NCBI GenBank assembly: GCA_964473285.1
Contig: CAYYOI010000004.1
Coordinates: 1-59,968 of the forward strand
DNA from: an uncultured Methanosarcinales archaeon
GTDB lineage: Archaea > Nanobdellota > Nanobdellia > Woesearchaeales > JACJVW01
DNA: 59,968 nt
Direction: 5' to 3'
Below, in pieces: positions 1 to 12,200 of the stretch. A program made the translations under genes and the position numbers. The notes under the pieces are model-generated. The model was not told the DNA's origin. It saw only the letters and a list, made by a program, of their open reading frames with translations, and made no database searches. How positions within the stretch are numbered: position 1 is the first letter of the stretch; each line of letters opens with the position of its first letter.

Positions 1-2
1 GA

Positions 3-62
3 TACCTGGACATAATAGAGCAGGAACTGCTTTTTGATTTCTTGGGTCTTGATCAGATTTAG
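3..62 (+). CDS. possible 3' end of an upstream gene, truncated by the window edge
   Basis: Open frame YLDIIEQELLFDFLGLDQI* ending TAG at 60-62; too short to verify. Confidence 0.25.
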   Translation, partial: YLDIIEQELLFDFLGLDQI

Positions 63-131
63 CTAAACCTAGCGCTATGCCGATTTTTTGGTTAGTGGTC
101 TTGTATTCACAGGATAATCATTGTAGGATAA

Positions 132-167
132 GCCTTTTGCAAGCAAAAGGCCTCGCCAAAGGCGAGG
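132..167. repeat. two back-to-back perfect inverted repeats (terminator- or REP-like)
   Basis: GCCTTTTGC-AA-GCAAAAGGC (132-151) and CCTCGCC-AAA-GGCGAGG (151-167), sharing C151. Confidence 0.7.
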
Positions 168-228
168 AGGATAGCATCATATCTAAAAGTGCCTCAGAGC
201 AATCGGAGATACTGGAGAAATAGATATC

Positions 229-237
229 TTTTTAAAG
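229..237 (+). promoter_or_regulatory. putative archaeal TATA box of the giant-protein operon
   Basis: TTTTTAAAG with purine-rich sequence upstream; the same motif precedes the S13 operon; purine-rich SD-like GGGGAGAGGGTG lies just before TTG282. Confidence 0.5.
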
Positions 238-281
238 TAGTCTATCAAAACTTACTAAGAGTAAAGGGGAGAGGGTGTAAT

Positions 282-3200
282 TTGAAAGTTTTATCAATCA
301 TAAGATATATTCTTATCCTAGTTTGTTGTTTAATCTCAGTATCAGGAAATACATCTCTTGAGTCAAGAGATTTTTGTGATTGTCTTGATTATGTAAATAA
401 ATCTCATGTCTTTTTTGAAAAAGGATGTAATTATACAATCCCTGATAATCTTGATAACTTGACTTGTTATGACTCCAATCTAACTGTTGTTTCCAATTTG
501 ACAGTCTTACTTTCAAATGAGTCTATTGTGTCAATTAGTAATGAATCAATTAGCACAAATGTTTCTAATGTTTCTTCTTCAAATCTGACAACTTTTTCCA
601 ATCAGTCTAACCAAACTTCTTCTATTATAAATGGATCTACAGATTCAATCATGTCGAATGCCACAAAGCCTACTATCATGATTGAGAAAGTACAGCTTCC
701 TGCTCATGTTGGAGAACCTGTCAATTGGGTTTATCGTGTTAAGGTTAACGGATCTTCTGATTCTGTAACAATTCCTCTTTCTGATTTGCCAAATGATGCA
801 AGGAATGTAGTTCTCGTACCTTATTCAAAAGATAAGGCTTACTTGGATAAGAGAGTAAGTACAATGTCTGGTTCATCTCATGTGCTTTCTATCCCTTCTC
901 GTAATAGTAGTGGTAATGAGTATTCAGTTATATATGAAACTCCTGCTCCGCATAAGCGTGAAGAAACCCAAAGAAATTCTTTAGGCATATCTAAAGGAGT
1001 TGTTGTTCATTCTGATGTATCTTATCACTATTATAATATTTCGGTAAATACTGATATACCTGAAACCGCTTCTGATAAAATTTCTTTTTATTGGTATGAT
1101 GGTACAAAGCGTGTCAATGTTTTAAGGGATAAGCGTTTTGATGTCAAACTGATTGATATAGATAATGATAATCTTATTGAAAAAATATCATGGGTGGTTC
1201 CCCAACTTTCTGAACAACATTTTGAGATTATTCTCAGGAGCTTGTCTTTTAGTACTCAGTCATCTCACGTAACTTCAAATTGGAGCATTCTTTTTGATAT
1301 GAACCATTCAGATTTAATTTCGTTTGAGGCTTTGTCACCTTTGCTTTCATTTGAAGGCCTTTATTATTTTGATTCCGGTTGGTCACAGATTACTGATTAT
1401 GAGGTATCAGGAAATACAGTGACAACTGAATGGGATCATTTAAGATCAACCAGAGGAAAGGTTGTCTATGAAGTTTTAGGTTATGACACTTTTTTTGTTA
1501 ATGTATCTTCTGTGAGTGGTTCAGAAATTGTCCGTAGTCATTATTATTATGAACCAGTAGGAAATTCAATATTGAATCTTGATTCTCCTATGTTCTCTTA
1601 TCGCCTCTGTTCATTGAATCAGAGTTTTTCATTTTGTGATGCTGAGAAGGGAGAACCAGGATATGATGGCTACGATATCATGACTAATTATACTGGTTAT
1701 ATAAGGTTACCTTCAAATGTTTCTGTCACTAGTGCATCAATGAATCTTCGTTCACTTCATACTGATCCAATATCTGAGTATGAACACCCAGATGGAATTC
1801 CTTCTTCTATAGTTCATCGGGCAGATTTGAGTTCTTCTTTTGTAGATGGGTTCATTGCTGCCACTCCTTATGATATTGTGGGTTGGTCAAATGAAACTAT
1901 TCTCTTTGAACATTCAATTTCTGGTCTTAATGATTTTGTTCCAATGGACATTTCTTTGCTCTTGGGTGATGAAATTATCGTTGCAACAGATAATGGATTA
2001 CATATATTCGCATCAAACTATTCCTCCTCCCTTGATAAAATTGATTCTTTAGACGGTGAATTTCTATCTGTGGCAAGTCAGTTTAATATTCCCTCAGCCG
2101 AGTTCAATAATACTTTCTCAGAGGCTTCTTCACTTCAAGAAGTATTTGGGGATAGACTTGTGAGTTTTAATATTCCTTGGGTCTTTAATACTTCAGATAA
2201 AAGATGTTTCCTTTCTGTTAAATTGAACAAGCATGGAAATCCAGATTCAAAGCTTCAGTTTGGATCAGGCAATATTACTCCTGATATGGTCTCTTCAAGT
2301 GATAACTTTATGACCTCGCCTGGTGTTCCTGGTTCTTTTACCTGTCTTGGATGTGAAACCAATAATATCTCTTTTGATTTTTCTAGTCTTGGCTTATCTG
2401 ACTTTTCAGCGGAAAGCTGTTCCTTGTCTCTTCCTTTATCTGCAAGTGGAGCACATGGCAATCTCTTGAATGTTTCCCTTGGTTCATTTTCTCAGACTAT
2501 TGATAGCTCTTCTGTAGGAGCTACGTCTTTAGATTCTTTTTCAACCCCTACTACTGCCACAGAATTTGATGAGTTTACTACTAGTTATTTTTATACGCAT
2601 GTATTGCCAGATGGGATTGGAACCTGTAGGCTTTCCATTGCGTTACAAAAGCTTTCGACAGATTCAGGACTTCTGTTGAGAGCCAACGGTAATGAATATC
2701 CTGTCAATACTCAAGGATTGCCATCAAATGTAATAGACAGATCCAATTTTACTTCACCAGACTCTATCTTGGATTTGAAGAGCCCTGTAAAATATTCTGG
2801 AATTGACCCAATCTCAGCTGAAACATGTTTTGTTGACACATACTTCACTTATGTGAATTCAACTACAGCAAATCTTACATTTTCTCTCAATGGCAATGTT
2901 TATGATATTGATAAGTCTCAGATAACTTCATCTGCATTCAAATCATTCAGTAAGACCGGTGCAGAAAATGTATCTTCTGATCTTCTTACAAAAACGTCTT
3001 TATCAGAAGATGGGGAACAAATTGATTATTATTTAAGTGGATTGTCAATTCCATCTGATTTAGAAGCAAAGGAATGTTTTGTTAAGGTCGGAGCATGTTA
3101 TGAAGGTTCAGAAGAGTCACTTGGAACATTAAAATTGAGTTTATATGGAAAAGATACAACCTTTGCTATCCCTACAGATTCGCTTTCCGAATGCTCACAA

Positions 3201-6200
3201 TCATCATTTTCTTATGTTTCTGTTCCTTGTCAGGATATAACCTCTAGTGAAAAACTTCAGTTTTATTGCGAAGGATGTGATTCCAATAACTTTTATAGGA
3301 TTCTTTATGATAATTCATCCTCCTCATTCAATTCATATTATTGGGATGGATTTGGCGATTATGAAAAATCATCGCAAGATTATCTTGTCAGTGTTTATAC
3401 AAATAGTTCTTTTGATTATAGTGTCTCTAGAAAACAAATTGAGTGTTCTGATGTCGGAGGAACTATTACTTTTAATTGTGAAGGATGTAGTTCAAATAAT
3501 TCTTATCACATGATGAGCGATGGTTCGAATCCAGGTTTCAGAATCTTTTCAAATACTTCTCTTGTTTATGGATGGGGGCACTCTGAATTACCCTGTGAAG
3601 AACTTTCAGCTGATTCAAACATTGGATTTTCAGCTAATAACCAATTCCGTATCCTTAAATCAGATGATATAGTGATCAATAAGATGGAATGGCTTACTGA
3701 TGATTATACACCTGTTGATCTTGATGTTCCATGCGATATCATAAACAGTGCTGATGAACTTTCCATTTCCTGTCCAGAGTGTACTTCTACCGATTCTTTC
3801 TATCTTTATCGGACAGATGAGCAATCAGGTCATACTGGAGATGCTTATCCTTATACAGATTTGAGTTTTTTTGTTGAAAGCAATACTTCTCTTGATTATT
3901 CCAAAGTTCAAATCCCAGTCAATTGTTCACTTGAAGACCCTGTGTTCTCCTGTCCTGAATGTACAAGTGATGATCATTATAATATCCTTTTAGGAGGTGC
4001 ATCCGGTAACACCTCTTTCTCTTTAGACAATGGTTCAACATGGAGCAATACTGCTTTTGATGCAGGAATTGGAGTGTATGTCTATGGTGCAAGCGATTCT
4101 GATGATATTGTTGTTGCTGATGCTAATGATAATGTTTCACTCCTTAACACAAGCCTGCACACACAATGGACCCTCTCATTCAATTCTCGTGTAAATGATA
4201 TTGCTATTGGTGAAGTTGATGTGGAATCAATAGGTAACGAAGTTCTTGTTGCAACCCAGAATGGCTTATATCTTTTTGATTCGAAGGGAAAGAACATTTG
4301 GAATTATTCAAAAGGTGCAAATACTGTTTTTATACAAGCCCTTGATGCGAGACAAGAAGCATATGCTGGACTTATAAATAATTCCTTGTACAAATGTGAT
4401 GCATCAGGTTGTCATAGTATTGCAACTTTTTCAGATGAGATTACTTCAATTTTAACTGGTGATTTTCATTCAGAACAAGGCTCTGAAATTGCTATCTCTT
4501 TTGATTCCGGACTCTTCAGTGTTTATGATTCATCCATGACAGCTTTAGAAACTCTAGATTTTAAGTCTGTAGTTTCTTTTACTGGGGGAAGGTTAATTGG
4601 TGTAGATCGTTCACAGTTGTTGGTGTCACACCTTAAAGGAATTAGTGCTTATGATTTTTCTCAACCAGAGAATGTTTCTTTACTTATAAATGATAGTGTT
4701 GTTTGGTCCCATATGGGTCTGCTAAGAAATGAAACCATTGATAATTTTGCTTATGCAATAAATATTAGTAACTGTTCTCCTTGTTATGTTCCTTTTGATA
4801 TTGAAACAGATTCTTCTGTCCCACTTCAACTATCTGATATTGATGTGAGGTTTGATTATAATTATAGCCTAGACTATACAGATGATTATACAAAATGGCT
4901 GAAAACATCTGATTTTATTGCAGGTTCACAAATACCTAACAAAGCAATCAAGATTGATTATACTTCTCCTTCGTTTCCTTTGTATGTCCAATATATAAGC
5001 CGTGAAGATCCTAATGAGGACAATTTTGTGTATGATTCCTCATCATTCTGGTTCAGAGACTCATACTGCCAGGGTATTGATACATTAGCTTATCTTGGAT
5101 ATACTTTACTCAATGGTTCATCTTTTCATTGTGATGAAGATTATTTTATCAGTGAAGAAGGTTCTGATTTTTTATGGGTTACTGGTGAGAAAGCTGTTCC
5201 AGTGGAAGTTTTAGTCAGAAATGGTTCAAATGATGCTATGAATTATTATAATATTACTTTAGAAAGAGGTATTGGTCATACTTCAGACTCTTTTCATAAT
5301 GTCAGTTATTCAAGTGATATTAATGAATCCTTCGTTGGAAATTTTGTAGATGTTATTGTAGATACAGATTCAGATGGATCATATGATCTTTTGTATCAAA
5401 ATTTATCTGGGTGCGAAGGTACAAGCTATAGAGTTTGTATTGAAGACCTCAATTCAAATGGTGTACCTGATCAAGTGATAACTACTACTTCTTTGATCAG
5501 TCCAGAAAATCCTTCGGTAAAATATAGGGTGATAGGGTATACAAATGAAATTCCAGAAATAACCTCTGTTGATATTAAACCATCTGGTGATAGATATTAT
5601 TTTGATACTGTATTATTCAATATTACTATAGCTGATTTTGAAAATGACATAAGGCAATTGACATTATATTTGAATACTTCTGGTACTGGCTGGTTTAATG
5701 CTGGCACAGAAACTACATTGACTGATCATGTCATTATTCCTGTGTTACTTAATTCTTCTATGGATGGTGAGTTGTCCTATCGTATTGAATATGCAGATTA
5801 TTCAGAGGAAGCGATTCACCTTGTGAGAAATACCACTACAAATAAAGTTTTCAATGTCAGTAAACCTTCTTTGATACTTGATATTCTTACTGATGATTAT
5901 GAAAGGATAAACCAAAATAATGTGTATGAAGATCATATAATTGCTAATGTTACAAAGGAAGGAACATCTTTTGATAATTATTCAAAAACAGATCTCCTTT
6001 GTGAGCTTTACATAAATACCTCTGAGGGTTACAGGAAACACTCTGATATAACAACAATTAAAAAGGGTCTTTGTTCATTTAATCTTAATAGTGATTCTCC
6101 TTATTCAACCGGCAACCACGATTATTATGTAAGGGTTAGGGCAGATGACCGTTTCTATCCTGCAACCTCTGAGGTGAAGAATGTTTTTATCTATTCTGGA

Positions 6201-9200
6201 TTAAATGCTAACATCTCAATCACACCTGAAACACTATATCGTAATAACGATCATGGAAATAATACCTTGTTGTTATGGAATGTTTCTGATATTAAGGATA
6301 GTACAGGCGATTTAATGACCGGCGCTGCAAATTATAGTGTTTTTTTTGGAGAAACTCTTATCTCCAATGGAACCTGTGATTCAAATGGATTTAGTGGCTC
6401 TTATGATGTTCCTTCATTTGAAGAGTTAGGCACGCATACCATCACAATACTTATCAATAATACTTTATTTGAATTATTTACACATTCAACCCAGGTAACA
6501 GTAAACGATGAACTTTTTGTTGAATTAGTGGATCCTTCTTCTATTGAGCCTGTTTATAAGGACCATGGAGAGGGATTGAATAATATTGATGATTCAACAA
6601 TTGAACTTTTTGTGGTGCTTGAGGATAGCCTAAATATTCCAGTAACTGATGCGACATACAACTTTAATACACCTAATAACTTTGTTGATTGTCTTGAATC
6701 CGGAAAAAAGACAAAAGAAGTAGATTTTGATGATGAACTTGAGCAGCCAATCGTAAAAGAAGGGTTCTATTGTATTTTCCATCCAGAAGACAGTTTGTCT
6801 CTTGGCTTGCAGAATTGGAATTTTACTGCATCACTTAAGAACCATTATCCTGTCAAATACACCGGTTCTTTCAATATCAAGGATACATTTGCCCCTGAGA
6901 TAATGACAAGTCCATCTTCTCCCGGACCTGTGTATATAAGAGGAACATCCAGTTCAAAGCTTTATATTAATTTTGAGGCTCAAGATAATGGGCAGAATGA
7001 GATTTTAAATTATTCATATTCTATAGATTGGGGAGAGACTGCCCTTATTTCAGGTTTTAATCAAAATTCTACTTTAACATATAGTTTCAATATTCCAGAT
7101 GATGAAGTTTTGGGTGAAAAAAGCCTTTTCATTTCATTGAATAAGGAAAATTATAAAGATTATTCAGAACAACTGAATTATCTTGTTCATGGTAGGCTCT
7201 ATGCCTTTACCCTAAATCCTGATAATGGAGTAAATGTAACTGTGGGAGATTCAGGAGGTCTTATCCTGACAATACAGGTAAAAGATGATTTTGATGAACA
7301 TGTACAAGCAAATGTTTCTTTTGTGCATCCTCCAGGATATTGCAGAAATGGAGTTGAATATTTTGGGAATGGAACTTACCAGTGTGAATACATGCCTGAT
7401 CCAAATGTAGCTCCAGGAGATTATACATGGAATGCTATTGCTGAAAAACCTTATCATAAGGAATCTAAAACTGAAGAGCGTAGTTTTACTATAATACAAA
7501 ATGTTCATCTTGAGTTTCTGCAGGATGAGTCTTATTTTAACCGAACAAATCATGTCGATTTGTCTGCGCAGTTGAATGATAAGTTTGGAAATCCTCTTGA
7601 ACTCTCAGGTTATTCATGTGTATGGAGTATTGATGACACTCCACTTGCGACAACTACTACTGATGAAGATGGAATTTGTAATTTTAGTATCCTTGCAGGT
7701 TGTGATTACCTTCCTGGACCACATTCTGTAAGGATTGGACTTAGCAAGCAAGACTCACCTTATACTTTAAAAGAGGAAACTAAAGGGAATATATACCTAA
7801 GAGATAAGGCAGAGGCGTCTATCATAACTCCTACTTCACTTGATGGAATAGCTGTAGGAGATAGCATCTACATGGAATCGTCTATCAGTGATAGCTGCAG
7901 TAATCCTCCTTCCTCAGAAATACCTTATGAAATAGATTGGTATTATTCCCAAATGGGTTCAGATGAAACAATTAAAGTCCTTTCTACTGATGAGGGATTT
8001 TGGACTGTACCTCCTGATGTATCAGGTGAGGGTATAATTTACATAATTGTCGATTATGATTATTTTAACACGAGTTATGGTACTCAGGAAATAGATGTGG
8101 AAGTGAATGATACAACTGGAATTCTTTTCTTGAATGAGGTTGTTGTAAGAAATTCAACATCTCAGAATTTCACCTTGAATGCTCAATTATCGCGTGAAGG
8201 AGACATCCCTATTAATGAGACCTCTATAATAGGTAACTGGAGCGGTTATACTTGTGAATGGTTCATCAATGATCAGTTTCAAGGCACTTCGATTACAAAT
8301 AAAGATGGTCTCTGTTCTATAAACTGGAGTACGACTTGTGAAGATCATTCATCTCTTTATTATCCTTTAGCGATAAATATCTCAAAAGATTCCCCTGACA
8401 TACCAATGTCAACCAATTATCTACAATCAGAGGTTGGAATATATGATAATGCTTCCTTGGAGATTGTTTCTCCTCAAAATCAATCTTCACATGTATATGG
8501 TGAGGAAGTTAATCTAGCAGTTAATGTATATGATAGTTGTGGTATTTCCTCTGCAGATTACAATCTGAATTGGTATTATCAGAAAAAAGACACTAAAACT
8601 ACAGTTGCTTCAGGGAAAAATACGACATGGAATGTTCCATCTCTTGCTCTTGACTGGTCGAATCTAACAGCATCACTTGATTATGCCCTTTATGATTCAA
8701 GCAATTCTACATTAACGCTCCATTTCAAAAGATATCTTAGCCTTTCTGAGCTTATTGTTCAAGAAGGGTTGCGCCAGGGGGATATGTCTCAGGTTCTTTG
8801 TAATATTTCAACCGAGGGGGTTTCAGATAGGTCAAATGTGGAAATACTTTTCATTCTTGATGAGTCTCAGAATTCAACAATAAGAAAAAGGCTATTATCA
8901 TTTGATGACGTAGAACCAGGGGTTGCACAAGGATTACTGGGTGGTAATGGTTCTGTCCGTGAAACTTGGTCTTGGTATAGGGATGTTAAACCATTTCAGG
9001 TTTATGCTAATGATTCTATATGTTTTGATCTTGATACTTCTGGCCTTGAATATACCTCTAGAGGGGATATCTATTTTTGCAAGTCTGAAAGCCTGAATTG
9101 TACTAATTATACTACTGTTGTTTTTAATCAAAGCGCAACAATAAATTCTACTGAACATGGAAACTGGGATTATTGCTTCAATATCACATCACCTTTCTAT

Positions 9201-12200
9201 TTTAGTGGAGGCACTCTTGGGACCTACATGAAAACAAGATCAATGACTACACATAATTCTACAAAAATAACAACTTCACGTTTAGATTCTTCTGATCAGA
9301 TTCTAAGAGGTGAAACTTACTCTTTTTTCAATGGCACTTATGATAATGCATCAAAAGAACTTTTGCAACGCTTTATAGGACAAAGATCCTCATTTAATCC
9401 CAGATCTATCAGAATTGTTGAAGGATCTGAAGAAGTACCTTTTATGTCTGAAGGATTCACTAAATATAGGTCTGATTTTAGTGAGTGGGATCAGGGCATT
9501 AATTGTAAGGCCTCATATTCCTCCGCATTAACATTGACACAGGAAGGTACACATCCGGATTATTGTAGGTATGAATCTAACCTTCTTTCTATACCTATTA
9601 AAGAGGATCTGACAGTGGCCTTCCAGGTTAAAAATGTTAGTATTGGTAGTTGGAAACTTGCTTTCAGGGATGAAGATTCAAAATTACATACTATTGGGGA
9701 ATCAGCATCTGATGGATTATTTACCTTTTCTCTTGAAGATTATGTAGGTATGAATATAACACGTTTTGCACTTTATACACAAGGGTATGATTCAACTGCC
9801 ACTTTTGATCTTTTGGAGGTGGTTGGTGAATCGGGTACTCTTACTTGGACATTAAATGGTACTACTGCTGGGGGCTCTGACCGTAATTATACAATATACT
9901 TTAAAACTCATGAAGATCTTGATACTGATTTATTTTCATTGGGGATCTTACCGGTATATCAGACAGAGATGTATGAGAGAGCCCGTTTTATGAATGGAAA
10001 TACAAATACACTTGTATACACTACAGGGAATGATAAACCAGGGTCTCTGGCAAATATGCTTGATAATCTTGTTACTGATGAAGTCATAACTTCTTGGACT
10101 CGTACAACTGATCAAGGTGATGTACAGAATATACATAAGAATAGTTCTTCATATGGGATTCTTCTTTATGAAAGCAGTTCTGGGTTTACAGATTCAGAAT
10201 CTAATGCTTATACAAGTCCTGAACCCGAAACACTTGCAGCTATAGCAAATTTCCTTGATCAGGGAGGAAAGCTAATATACATTGACAATCGTCTTGATTA
10301 TGATTCAACAGGGCTTTCTGATTTATTCACTTATACCAGTAATACCTGGAACCCATCAACGCATTACTGTAGCCCATATGAGGGGTCTTATCAGGCTTGT
10401 GGACAACCAACAAACGAAACACCTGACACCTTTTATCCTGCTGATAATAATAGTGTGGGGTTTTTGATATTTAATGATCAGATGGTTCACTCATTTACAG
10501 GGGGCGATGGTGAATCATGGATTACTGATGAAAGTGGAACACATTCTCTTATGGTTTCAGAAGGATATTCAACTTTAACCACTGCGCCAGGTGATAGTTC
10601 AAACAGCGGTTTCTCTAAGCACCTCAGTTTTACAGGTAAGCTTGCTGCGCCATATGATCGATATATTCCAACTACCCGGCTTTATGGCCTTGTTCCTTTG
10701 GGTTACACAGATAAGCCTTATTTACAGGTAATCTCTATGTATGCTGATACTGTTGTTGAGGTCTTAAACTCTTCAAATAAAATAATAGATACAAAAACAC
10801 TTGATGAATTTGAACTCTGGCGTACAGGCGCACTTGAGTCTTATCTAGGAGATACATTCATTGTAAATGCTTCTTCACCTGTTCTTGTATATCTGAGCGA
10901 TAAGCCTTATCTTACTGATCCTGTTCCCAGTATTCTGGGTGCCAACAAGCGATTCATGTATTATGATAATGGAAATTTCTTATATCGTGCATTAAACGGT
11001 ACTACAACAGGTTATATCTATGATTCTGTGGGAGAGGTTGATAGCTTCACTATCTCAGAGGGTGAAACCTACAAACCATTCTTATTTCCGGGAGTGTATG
11101 AGGTCCAGACTGATGCGCCTATTGTTATAGAACCTTCCTTATATAGTGGAGTTTCTCGTGTGGTGGATTCATCAGGGTCTGGTATAGGCAAGGAATTTTC
11201 AGTTTCAGCAGAAGCCCTTACTCTAGTAGGTCATGGGAATACCTCTGTTCATTTGAGTAGTGAACCTTCTAAAAAATCAGAGAATTATGATCATATAGGG
11301 TATGAGTTTTATACGTATCTTAGTGGTTCACCTAATATTTTCTCAACTTCACACGATACAACCGTGACAATATCTAATCTTGATTCTGCCGGTTTAGTCA
11401 TAGAAGAAGATGAGCTTCACCTACCACTTAAGGCCAAACTTAAGACTTATTCTCCAAAGACAAGACTTCTTTTGCATTTTGAGGGTTCACCTGGAAAAGC
11501 ATATTCTTTCTATGATAGTTCAGAAACTCAGGTTGCAAATGAATGTAATGTTACTTTAACTTCTGATTCACGATTTGGCACTGCTGCTGATTTTAATAAG
11601 GGTTTGATTGAGGTTGATGCCCTTGATTTCGGGTCAAATTATACTCTTGATTTCTGGATTAAGCATGGGTCTGAAAACCAGACATTTGTATCACAGTATG
11701 AGAATCAGAATCAGGCATTCAATATTAGCTGGTCTTCTGGTCTGCAGGCAGAGTTGATTGCCGGTGAGAATGTGATATTACTTAAGGATGAAAACCCAGA
11801 GTATACTGATTCATGGTATCATGTTGCATTAGTGCATGAAAATTCAACATATAAGCTTTATCTGAATGGTTCATTAATTGATAGTGTTGAAAGTCAGGCT
11901 TATCCTGAACCAGATGCACCTTTTATAATCAATCCAAGGGGTTTAGTTGATGAATTCCGATTTGTAGAAAGTGCTGACGAACCGCTGGGTGGGCTTTATG
12001 GTACTGTTTCTCCAGGATTCTATAGAATCAGTGCGGACAAGCCTATAGGTATTTATGATGGAAACTCACAGACTGAGAGTTATTCTGTATCATATGGTAA
12101 TGATCTTTGGGTACATGTACCATCATGGCCTGGTCATCCTGGTTCACTTTTCATTAATGCAATTGAGGATTCAACTGATGTAACTGTTACTGATCTTACA

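Noticed and set aside
189-281. GTG189 as start of the giant ORF
   Set aside because: It adds 31 residues ahead of the signal peptide and overlaps the TATA-like and SD-like motifs; TTG282 fits better
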